Assembly (NCBI RefSeq): GCF_009914755.1
Contig: NC_060926.1
Source: the human T2T-CHM13v2.0 reference genome, Homo sapiens
Strand: one strand, 5' to 3'
DNA: 64,000 nt
The notes beneath the pieces were generated by a model. The model was not told the DNA's origin and ran no database searches. It worked only from the letters and a program-made list of their open reading frames with translations. Below are positions 1 through 11,599 of this stretch, piece by piece (the stretch's first letter is position 1; every line of letters begins with the position of its first letter). Both the position numbers and the translations under genes were made by a program.

Positions 1-913
1 ATGTAACAGGTCAGTTTGAGATGGAGGATTTTTTTCCTCCAGTAGTCATCATCTGGTTTATCATGGGACAAAACCAGGCAAACATTTAAAAATCAGAGGT
101 TCTCCAATCAGCAATCAGATAAGTGAGCCACAGTAAATCTACAGAGCTGTCCAAACAGAGAGATGTGGCTTCTTTCCAAACAAGTTTATCTGTTGATTTT
201 ATGTGAATCCAAAGGCTTTCAGGCCAGGACTAGGAGCTGGAGCATGAAAACGATCAGACCAATAGATTTCTTGTGATCAGAAGTGTCTCAGGGCCACAGA
301 GATTATATAAGAAAGAGACTAGTCAATTCCTCAGAGATACACCTATCATCACTAAAGTTTTACTTTCTCTTCGGAAAAATAAATGGATGTTTCTGTCTTA
401 TCTTTGCCTCTTTATGATAATGTGGAACTTAACTGGTTTATGCCTTTTTGAAATAAATGACACTACAGTAAATACTGAAAACACGTAAGGAAATATCTGG
501 CTTACCAGACTCTTTCATTTTGATCTCAAAGTCATAAAAGACAGAAGCTTCCATGTATTTATGGGCACCAGGTTACCTCCAAGTCACAGTCTTTTCCACA
601 GTTAAGAAAATGACTTGCTTCGATGAATGCTCATATACAATTTGTATAATTTTGGAGAGAAATAAAATTAATGTAGTCATAGAAATATAAACTATTTGAT
701 TTCAATGAAAACAAAGCTCTTTAATCTATAGCTATTTTAATCACCAGGCATTCAACAAATAGTTTTAAATGTTATTCCCAGGAACATTGTTTCCCAGTGT
801 GGTACATGAGCCCTGGGGAGGCAAGATAATTTTAGGAGATATGCTGATAAATACTTTTTATCTTATTGGTTATATATTTATTTTACTGTGTGTGTCCATA
901 AAGAAAAAGACAT

Positions 914-1214
914 GGCCAAGCACGGTGGCTCAATCCTCTAATCCCAGAACTTTGGGAGTCCGAGGCGAGCACATCACTTGAGGCCAGGAGTTTGAGACCA
1001 GCCTGGCCAACATGGCAAAACCTTGTCTCTGCTAAAAACACAATAAATTAGCTGGGCATGGTGGTGCCTGCCTGTAATCCTAGCTACTCAGGGGGCTGAG
1101 GCATGAGAATCTCTTGAGTCTGGGAGACAGAGGTTGTAGTGAGTCAAGATGGCACCACTGCACTCCAGCCAGGGCAACAGAACAAGACTTTGTCTAAAAA
1201 TAAATAAATAAATA
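914..1214 (+). mobile_element. Alu (AluS-type), full length
   Basis: Dimeric Alu sequence, (TAAA)n tail, TSD AAAGAAAAAGACAT at 900-913 and 1215-1228. Confidence 0.95.
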
Positions 1215-1339
1215 AAAGAAAAAGACATATACAAATACAAACACACACACTCTTAGCACATCAAATCCATGATATATACTTTTCACAAATGTATTTAAAC
1301 TTTAAAAGTGAGTTGATTTAAAGAAACATGTTATATAAA

Positions 1340-1726
1340 TGTGGTAGGCAGAATTCTCAAATAGCCCCAAAGATACCCACCCCCGGTACATAAATGTCCT
1401 CCCTTGAGTATGGGAGGAAACTGAATATAATGGAATAGTCACTGCCATGATTAAATTATGTCATGTAAAACAATGTCATAGTAGATTAGGGGGACTTGCT
1501 GTCAGTTGACAGCTAGCAAGAAAGCAGAATCCTCAGTCCTACAACTGTAAAAAACCGAATTCTTTCAACAACGTAAATGAGCTTAGAAGAGAACAACTGC
1601 CTCCAGATGAGACACTGACATCTTGTGACTCCTTGATTTCAGCTTTGTGAGACTCTGAGCAAAGAATCCAGCTAAGCTGAGCTAAGTTTGTAGTAATTTG
1701 TCATACAGCAATAGAAAACTAATAGA
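1340..1726 (+). mobile_element. MaLR solo LTR (old MLT1 family)
   Basis: Begins TGTGGTAGGCAGAATTCT, ends AGCAATAGAAAACTAATA, typical MLT1 termini. Confidence 0.75.
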
Positions 1727-2075
1727 GTAGGTAACAGAACAAGTGATATGGAGCAATGGTAAAAATCATGAAGGTAGTAACTCAAATGACTGAGGCTTGT
1801 AAAACACTGTCCCACCCCAGGAGACAGAACTACTAGACCCAGTCACGGAGGAAAGCCCCTGCCTTGGGTCCTGCACATTAATGGGTATCAAATATCACAA
1901 ATACACACATCCACATCCACACATACACACAAAATGGGCATACACAGGCCCGTCTATTTGGAATCCAACACTGAGTACTAGCAGCACACAATCTATAAGT
2001 CCTAATATCTGCTTGCATGGCCAGTGTCATTCAGGTGCCAGGGAAATGCTTCTGCCATTCGTTACCTGATGTCCT

Positions 2076-2432
2076 TGTCTTAGTCCATTTGGGCTGCTAT
2101 AAAAAACATACTATAAAGTAGGTGGCTTATAATTAACAAAAATTTATTTTTCACAGTTCTGGAGGCTGGGAAGCCCAAGAGCAAGATGCTGGCCCCAAGA
2201 TTTGGTGTCTGGTGAGTGTCTGCTTCCTCATAGATGGCTGTCTTCTCACTGTAATTTCATATGGTGGAAAGGGTGAATAAACTCTCTAAAGCCTCTTTCG
2301 TAAGTCACTGATCCCATCAAAGGTTCTACCTTCATGACCTAACCACCTCCCTAAAGTCCCACTCCACAATACAATCACCTTGAGGGTTATTATTTCAACA
2401 TACAAATTTCTGGGGGACACATACGGACCAGA
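2076..2432 (-). mobile_element. MaLR solo LTR (MLT1A/MST-like)
   Basis: TGTCTTAGTCCATTTGGGCTGCTAT...CACAGTTCTGGAGGCTGGGAAG...GGGGGACACA, reverse-oriented MaLR LTR. Confidence 0.8.
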
Positions 2433-2914
2433 AGGTTGTAAAGCTTTGTGTGTTATGCTGCTCCTGGCATCAGAAACACAAAATGCCCCAGAATGCAAGG
2501 AGGACTTGGGGTATGGAGATGGAGTTTAAGTAAAAGACAAACCAAATAACTTGTGAAATCTTCCTCTCAGCATGAATACAATAGCTTCTTGCATAACAAA
2601 GTATAGTTTCCCAATAGGGTCACGCATCTCTTTTGTTGCTTCTCTTCAGGTTCCAATTGCGGTTCTGGGAAATACTAGTGAATTCACCCGGTAAATGCAA
2701 AAGTTACACACAGTGGCTGAGGAAAATTCTGCAATATTAAGCAATTTATTTTACTCTTAAATATGTATGCATACACACACACCAATTCTTGATATTGGCA
2801 ACTAATTTGATGTTGAATGCTAACAGTGCAAATACTTACAATTTTGCAAGATATTAAATAAAGTTTAATTAAATATTTAAAATGTCAAATAACACAATAG
2901 GGATGTAATAAACA

Positions 2915-3066
2915 AAACAGCCTGGAGAAAATTCTATAGGGCAAACAATGTGGTTCCTTTAACAAACAAATTGCAAAGAAAAGCAAGAGATAGAGAGAAG
3001 GACAAAGAGAAAAATCTAAAGATTAAAAGAGATTTAGATTATCCAACAAATTGCAATAAGGGACTT
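2915..3066 (+). mobile_element. Ancient L1M 3' UTR fragment (continues at ~3632-3885)
   Basis: GATTAAAAGAGATTTAGA...CAACAAATTGCAAT resembles L1MC/ME 3' UTR. Confidence 0.55.
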
Positions 3067-3368
3067 TGTGGTGGTTAATTGTATGTGTCAATTTGAGTAG
3101 GTCACAGGGTGCCCAGATTACACATTGTTTCTGGGTGTGTCTGTGAGGGTGTTTCTGAATGAGATTAGCATTTGAATCGGTAGACTCAGTAAAATAGTCT
3201 CCTCCCCAGTGTGTGTGGGCACCATTTAATCTGTTCAGGGACTGAATAGAAAAAAAAGCAGAGGAAGGAGAAATTAGCCCTATTCTTCCTGTCTAGCTGC
3301 TGGTGCTGGGACAACTCATTCCATTTGTTTTCCTGCCTGTGGAATAGGATTTAGGCCTTCACCTCCTG
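3067..3368 (+). mobile_element. MLT2 (ERVL) LTR, 5' half only
   Basis: TGTGGTGGTTAATTGTATGTGTCAA...CTGGGTGTGTCTGTGAGGGTGTTTCTG; breaks abruptly into Alu sequence. Confidence 0.85.
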
Positions 3369-3631
3369 GGAGCTGGAGGTTGCAGTGAGCTGAGATAGAG
3401 CCACTGCACTCCAACCTGGATGACAGAGTGAGACTCTGTCTCAAATAAATAAATGAATCATAAAACATAAACAAATTAGCCAGGTGTTGTGGTGCACACC
3501 TGTAGTCCTAGTTACTGGGGAGGCTGAGGCAAGAGGATTGCTTGAGCCCAGGAGTTCACAGCTTTAATGTGCTTTGATTGCACCATTGCACTCCAGCCTG
3601 GGCGACAGAGTCAGACCTAGTCTCTAGAAAA
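3365..3631 (+). mobile_element. Alu 3' fragment (3365-~3455) followed by an AluJ-like right monomer (~3470-3631)
   Basis: GGAGGTTGCAGTGAGCTGAGAT...TGTCTCAAATAAATAAA, then AATTAGCCAGG...GAGGATTGCTTGAGCCCAGGAGTTC (AluJ-type). Confidence 0.9.
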
Positions 3632-3885
3632 ATTATTGACATGTTTTAGATGTATTAATGATAGTATGATTATGTTAAAAATCTACCATTTAGAGACATA
3701 TAGTGACATATTTGCAGATCAAATTATATGATAGATGGGATTTGCTTCAAAATAATGGTGGGCTGGGAGCAGACAAAATAAGATTGGCCATGAGCTGATC
3801 AATTATTGAAGCCAGATAACTGGTATGTGGGGGTCATTATACTATTTCGTTTACTTTTACATATTTGAAATTGTACATAGTATGT
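3632..3885 (+). mobile_element. Ancient L1M 3' end
   Basis: GGGATTTGCTTCAAAATAAT...AAGATTGGCCATGAG...GGGGTCATTATACTATT matches recalled L1MC/ME 3' terminus. Confidence 0.75.
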
Positions 3886-4786
3886 TTTTACAAAAGAGAA
3901 TGATTTTTAAGTAAAATTTTAAAGTTCATTTTAACATAATTTTTTTAGATTTTTATGTTATTACTAACTTTTGCCCTTCTAGTCTTAGTAGATTTTTAAA
4001 TAATTTAGAGAGTAAATTTTGAAAGGTAATCATTTTAATTGGAAAAAACTGACATTTACTTGAATTTATATTTTTGATAAAAATATTTTCTAGTATGCTT
4101 TGAGTACAAATGCATTTTCTTTTTTTAATCCTTTAGATTCTTGAAAATTAGAACAAAGTGAGAAAATGATAGAAATGGAAAATATTAAAGAGGGAGTTCA
4201 GAAAAGAATAAAAGGCTAAAAAGAAAAACAGAAAGATACATTTTCCAAATAGGTGATTTGTTTAATGTTTGAAAACTGAAAACAATGAAAGAGAATAGGA
4301 TTGTGGTAAACAGGACCCACATAAAATTCATGAACTATATATTATATATTTGATGTTTGGACATCAACACAATAAAAATGAGCAAAACAGTTATTGTCAT
4401 CAAGACCTCACTTTGAATCGATTAAGTAAAATCCCTATATTTTCACATCTTTTCTTACATGAAGATTGATTTACCAATAAAGACAATGAGACAATGTGAG
4501 GACCTCGGTTTGACTCTCGCCCTGACCCCATGCTAGGAAGATTTGGGAAAGAAGGCTTTCTGGAGATATGCCATGCCAACTGTCCATAAGTGGTATACAT
4601 TCTCTTTTAGAAAACAATTATCCAAAAAAAGTTCAAAACATTGTATTTCATATCATAAGAGTTCAGAGAATAAAGAGAATTGTGTAGTGCTAATAATTTT
4701 AAAAATTGGAGAAGATTCATGGAAGGAAGCAGAACTTGATCTGAGCTTTGATGGAAGAAGGAATTTCATTAGATGGAATGGAGAAG

Positions 4787-5086
4787 TGTTGTAGAAAAAT
4801 CCAGGTTCTTGTCACATGACCAGGAAAGATTAGGCTAGCAGACACTTTGAAGGGTGAGGAGTTATGGGTGAAAAGGAAAAAGGAAAAACAACACAACAAA
4901 GCGAGAAGGATTCCTGTTAACAGGCCCCCATCTCACAGATTGAATCCCAAGTTACCACACAGGAACAGGAGGGGCCAGGCTCCTCCCCCTGCAAAGGGCT
5001 TGAACTTCCGTGGCTCCACCCCATCCTCCCAGTGCACAGGAGATTTTCTGGGGACCTTCCCTCTTATCTGCCTCTTGCATCTATCA
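4787..5086 (-). mobile_element. ERV1-class solo LTR (MER61-like), inserted in an L2 fragment
   Basis: TG...CA termini; 4-bp TSD GAAG at 4783-4786 and 5087-5090; subfamily from recall. Confidence 0.8.
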
Positions 5087-6789
5087 GAAGGAAGGTCATT
5101 CCAGGCACAAGAATACCTAAAAGTATAAATATAGGAATGAAAATCCCAAGTAGTCTGTAAGATTCTGATTAATGGAGACAGGCCTCAATCAATTTCACAC
5201 CATGAGTGAAAATTTAAGCTGGATTATTAGTCTAGACCTGCTAAGTAAATATCTTGTTCAAGAACCGAAATATTATAGCTACAACATGGCTTGCAGAGGA
5301 AATGAAATGGAAACCTATAAATTGAAAAGTGTATAACAAGAGTGCAAATTCAGAGAACTAAGTATAGTTTCATTTTGGGGCTGTGCCATAAAGGTGACTT
5401 AGGTAGACCCAAGGGCTAGGGATCTGTGTGTGTATGTGTGCGGGCCTCTTGTGATCATTAACTTTTGAGGGAAAAAAAAAATGTTACATGACCCCGCAAG
5501 TAAAAATGATTAAGGTATTTCTTGTAGCTATTTCTGTGTGTCATAAAAACAGCAGGATTTTTTAGAATGGGCTGATGTTCTTTATCCCAGTCCTCCCTAA
5601 AGGGAATTAAAGAGCTGAGACCAGTATAATTTATGGGTCTGATGGGATGAAAACACAGCACCAAAAGGAGCACATACATTCCCAGTGACTCATTTGAGTC
5701 TCTATCTAAATGCAAAGCCTGGTCTTATTTTTTGAAACCAGCTTTCTGGTAGACTGTTTAAGAGTTAAGGGATTACAAGAATAAGTCATTGATCTCTCAT
5801 CTCTAAGGCTAACACAGAATTTCATATTACTAAAACCAGACATTGCCTTTAAACCCACAGATTTTAGCCAGAGGGGTGGAGAGAGAGTGTTTTTGTTTGC
5901 TCTGTGATGATTTGAGAGCTGCATGATATTTTTGGTAAGAAAGGAATGAGAAAACATTAAATAGTATAACAGCACCTCCCCCATGCTGTTTCTGAAAAGA
6001 GCAAATTAGAAATTACCTTGGACAGAGTATGCAAAATGAAATGACCCAAAGCTCTTTGAAGGGTGGGCTATCTTTTAAAATCAAGAAGCATAATTTATTG
6101 CATATTTAAAAAAACAACAACATTGTTTTCAGTCAGAACAATTCCAGGTGAAAGATGAGGTACTTATAAATGAGATATTTCCTTTGCTTTGTCAATGAAA
6201 TCAAGCTAAATAAATATTTTACAGCCCCTTTGACAAAAGTTTGTAATTAAAGGAATTATAGGTAGAGTTAACCTACTGCTAATGAAGATGAGGTACCTAG
6301 ATAACATAAAGCAACTGAGGTTGTAAACAAATGTACTAACTTTACACATCTTAGCGAGTATTTTCTCTCCCACAGGGGTTACCCTGGGAAGCTATAGGAT
6401 TAAATAAGGCTGTAGCAATTTCTTAGAAGAGTTTCCAGCTCTTCGATTCAAGCCTTCAGGGACAGCAGGCTATTGTTTTGACTGTCTTCAAAAATAAGGA
6501 AGCTTCAATGCATGAAAATAGAGTTATATTTTTGAAAAATAATCAAAAGTCCATTGAAAGCAAGTCCAGAGACCAGGGTAGGCAATTCATCTTAGTAATA
6601 CTATTTTTACTTAAAAATAAGTTGTACTAATAGGGTGACTTTTAAGTCCCTTTGAAACAGGATCTAAAGACAATTTTCACAGAATTACAGAAATAATTTG
6701 TTGAAATAAGTGTATAAAACCCTAATCATTTTGAAGGGAAAAAAGATCAGTCTTAGCATACTATAGACATATTTCCTACTTAAACATTC

Positions 6790-7040
6790 TAGTATTCATA
6801 CAACCATTCTGAGAGGGCAATATGTATCAAAATATACAATGTGCATATTCTTTTACCTAGCAATTCTACTTCGAAGACATTGTCCTAAGACACTTGAAGA
6901 AATAAAGACACATATGCGAGGCTGTTCACTACTGAATTGGTGAAAAATTTTAAACATATTAATTGTCATGAATTAGGGATTAGTTAAATAAAATGCACTG
7001 TAACTACAGTAGAAAACATGCTGTTGTTTAAAAGGATGGT
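6790..7040 (+). mobile_element. L1ME fragment
   Basis: GGCAATATGTATCAAAAT...ACCTAGCAATTCTACTT resembles old L1 3' region. Confidence 0.55.
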
Positions 7041-7487
7041 AAAGTACAGAGGCCATGCAGATTTTATGTCATGTTTCAACTGAAATTAAGCACTGTGTTG
7101 AGAAGAATTCTGAGGTTGAGTTTAGTCTCAAAGAAACAAAACTGTTACCAATGAGTAATGGATGCAACAATAGCAGGATAAAGGAAATGGCAGCATGATG
7201 ACCAGGTTCTTGCCATCCCTAATGTTGCAATCAGTGAGGGTCAAGACAGGGAGTTCCGTAGGAGAAGTTTAACAGGGAGAGCTAGTTACACACATGTTGG
7301 AAAAGCTGAAAGAGAAAACAGGGAAAGTGGGACAACCCCCAGATTTACCACTGCAGGAAGCCACACCACCCCATAGTGCCGAAGACAACTGGAGAGAGGC
7401 TGTCCAAGCAGTCACCCAGAGAGCTCTGTGGCAAGGCCATATGGCCTGAATCAGAGTCACAGAAGAGATGGAGCCCCTGCCAGAGAC

Positions 7488-7981
<494 letters not shown>

Positions 7982-10379
7982 CCAGAGACTTCCACCAAAA
8001 CAGAGACGAAGAGAAATACCCAGGCTGTTCCACCTTCCCACCCTTCATTCTCCCACTGCTTCCCACTGGACTAAAAGTAAGCTCTTGTGAAAAAGAAGTG
8101 TAGTTTACAGGGACTGGCCCTAAGAACAAAGGCACAGCAGGGGGATCTGAGTGCTAAAAAATCAGCCCACCCACCCAAAGTAAGCAGGTATGTGTTAGCA
8201 TGGGCAGGTACTTAAATACCTTAAATATTTTTAAAGTTATAGGTCATGGAACAGTGTGTGATTCCAAATGTGTATATATTTACATTTATTTTTAACAGTC
8301 AGAGGTATATACACCAAGGTGTTTAAAAGATATGAGGAGGAACTTAAACCAAGGTGTTAAAAATAGTGGTAAGCAAATAAGCCATTTTCTTTACTTTTTG
8401 TTTAATTCTATTCTCTGACATTTCATAGACATAGATGAACTAAATAGACCTATATATGTATTTACATACACTATATATATTATGATATAATAGCATGATT
8501 TTTAATTTTTAAAATATACAAACAAGACCTGATTACCTTTTTATTATCAAGGGAGGCTAGAACAGAAATGTAGCCACTAACTCAATATTTTCAAACATGG
8601 CTGGGATATAGCACAGGATGAGAACTCAGGAAACGGACCTTGGTTTGGTGACTGGCAGACCTTTCTGAAATACAGTCAGTAAATTGGTGAAGTCCCAAGC
8701 TTGATTCCAAGTTGTGGTGGGGAAATGTAAGCAGCCAATGAAGGAAACTCCTTTCAAAGTAGGGCAGGCAAAGGAAGCAATGGAATGATGTTTTCACAGG
8801 ATATTACAGCTGGCAATCAGGGCTGACCTCCCCATCTCTCAGACCCAGCATCCCTTCGGGGTGGGCCTAGGGTATTGGGCCATTTCTCTTGTAACTTGTT
8901 CCTGTTATTTTAGTTTCTTCTGAAAGCCCTGCTAGTAATGGTGGTGGAAGGCCGGCACCTGGCGTGTGCATGTGATCTATGGCACAGTCTAAGCCAGACT
9001 TCCACCCCCTGCTTCCTGTCCCTTAGTGTCTACATCAGGCTACAGTTCAGTTTGTTATTTGAATTCAAGGCACTTGCAAATATCCAGTGCATACCCAGTA
9101 GGAAAATAGGATAGAACTTCCATTTTGAAAAGTGTTGAATTAGTACCATAAAAAGTAGGTGATTTATATATAATTGGCCATTTTTAAAAAAGAAAGGCTA
9201 CAGATGCCTTCCTGCTGAATAAGTGACCATTTTAAAAGTTAATTTAGCCTTAAATGTACTCATTTAAGAAATTATTTATCAAGATGTTAAGTTCAAAGCC
9301 AGCCACTCTCAGCTTTTTAAAGTGTTTGAAGTTCTGCGAGTTATCTAAGCCGTGTTTTCATAATGTTTCAAAAACCCATATGGGAGACAATCACACTTTT
9401 CTCTTTCCGTCATTTCTTAAAAAAATGCCCTGAGAAATATTGCCATATAGAAAACAAATGATATTCGATGCTAAATATTGTTAAAGCAATCTTAAAATGA
9501 GTGTCTTTACATTGAGTTTCGTTCTCTCTTAGCAAAGAAGCTAAGAACCCAGCAAAGAAAACTCTTCATAGTTTTCTGTGTAATAAATCTATCAGATGGA
9601 AACTTCTGAAATTCAGCAAGGAAATTCTTGGAATTGGGATCAGACAGTATACTCCTACGTTGGTTAATATTGCATTGTTGATTCCAAAAATATAATCCTA
9701 ATCTGTGTTTACTCATTCTTCTCATAGGGAGTCATTAACCCTGCTATCCTGCTTTCTGTTAACGCACATGTAAGTCTCACCAGTACAAGCAGCTTTTCCC
9801 TTGATCACAGGTGCATCACATATAAACCTGCCTTCCTCTGTTTACCCACTTTTATCTCCTATCCACAGTCTGCTCAGCTGCGGAGGCAGGAGACTATGTA
9901 GCAAAGGGCCATGAACGTGACACTTTCCTTGAAACATATCAGTTAAATTTTACATTATTGCCCTGATTGAGAGGGGAAAAGGAAGAGTCTTGAAAAGGTG
10001 TCAGATTATCTTCTTTTGTCAGAGGTTAAATGGATAATTAATTTGCATGTCTGCTTTTCTACAGCCATTTTACACCTGTCTGATTGAATAAATTAGAAAC
10101 CATGAAAAGTGATCAGTTGCCTTATTTGGATTTTACCGAATAAAGATCTTTGAAAATGTTTATCTTTTAAAACGATTGCAAAATTATAAACAGCTGGTTC
10201 TTGTTTCCATCACAATCAGCCTTAACTTCCGTTTAATCTATGAAGCATTGAGTACTTCCTCAAGGTGCCAGCAGCTAAACCTAGACTCTCGAGTTGCTCA
10301 CCGGACAGTAACGAAAGGCAGAAGAAAGGTCTAGAGAAGACAAGCAAAAGAAGCTAGAAGGAGAAGAAGGAAGCTATTA

Positions 10380-11500
10380 TTAATAGGGTATCCAGAGAAG
10401 GCTTTGTACAAGGAGTGTCTATTGAGTCTTGAACCAGTCCTTAAATAATGGGTCTGATGTCAACAGAAAGAAATGGCAAGGAGAAAAAACACTGATCATA
10501 GGATGAGCAAAGGGAAGTTATAGGAAACAGAAGGAAAAAGACCAGGGCCACGGTGTAGAAGACTTTAAATGATATAAAATGTGTTTTGAGCCTGATTCTT
10601 TAGGCAGAAGGGCACCAAACATTCTTAAACGTGAAGACATAGTGAGTTGATAGCCGAGTCTAAGAAAGAAAATTCCAAGAGGAATGTGGAAGACAGGTTG
10701 CAGGGAGAGATGCCCCTAGTCAGAAAAACAGTGAGGGGAACTCCAAGGGCACAGGCAAGAGAAGGGGACTCCTGGCCTAAGACAGAAGGAAGAGAAATGG
10801 GAAGGCAGTAAGAAGGAGTTAGGCTCCTGAGAGCATGGTAATCAATTGCAGGTAGCACAAGAGAAAGGGAGGAAAGGAAGATAACACTAAGATTTTGATG
10901 GTGATTTTGTTACTATGTCATTAACAGAATTAGAAAAGACGAGAAGAGAGAGTTGAAGAGGAGATAATGTGCAAAGTTTAAAAACAAGAGGTCAGAGTAT
11001 TAATGGATATACAGGTGGAAATTATCAATAGAGTTGTGAAAAGGTAATTGGAGCTCTGGAGAAAGGATTGGATAGGGATGTAGATTTTGGGGTTACTAGC
11101 ATAAGGATATTTGTTGAAATAAAGAAATAAAATAAATCTCCAAGATGTTGTAATCTTAATCATATGGAATGCCTACTAGGGACTGGGAGAAGGAGGAAGC
11201 ACATGAGAAGGATCCAGCAGAAAGGAAGAAAAACCAGAAAAATGCAGTTCCTCAAAAGTTAAAGGAATTTTTTTTCCCCAGTGTGTAAGGGGGTGATAAA
11301 GCAGAGGCAATCCATATAAAAATGTGTTTCAGAAGCTTAGCAGTGAAAGAACAGATAGACAATCAGTAGCTGGAAGAAATATCAGATTTGAGTATTTTGG
11401 CAGTAAGTATTGTGGAAATGGAGAATTCCATGAAGTAGATAGCACTGAAGATGCAGAGAGATAAGGACTGCAGACAGCAGTGAGGGGATAAGATAGGCTC
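10380..11500 (-). mobile_element. L2 fragments
   Basis: Purine-rich degenerate sequence with L2-like motifs (GGAGCTCTGGAGAAAGG...GATGTAGATTTTGGGG); boundaries approximate. Confidence 0.55.
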
Positions 11501-11525
11501 TGAAATGTTCCTGCAAAAGCCAGAG

Positions 11526-11599
11526 TCAAATCCTACTATGGGGGTTATCAAACCCTACGGTGGTGGTCATCAAACCCTATGATGGTGGTCATCAAACCC
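11526..11599. repeat. 22-bp tandem repeat, ~3.4 copies
   Basis: TCAAATCCTACTATGGGGGTTA / TCAAACCCTACGGTGGTGGTCA / TCAAACCCTATGATGGTGGTCA / TCAAACCC. Confidence 0.9.

Noticed and set aside
4787-5086. p53 response element in the MER61-like LTR
   Set aside because: No paired RRRCWWGYYY decamers visible
11526-11599. Short repeats as a CRISPR-like array
   Set aside because: Contiguous tandem units with no unique spacers, no cas genes, primate DNA
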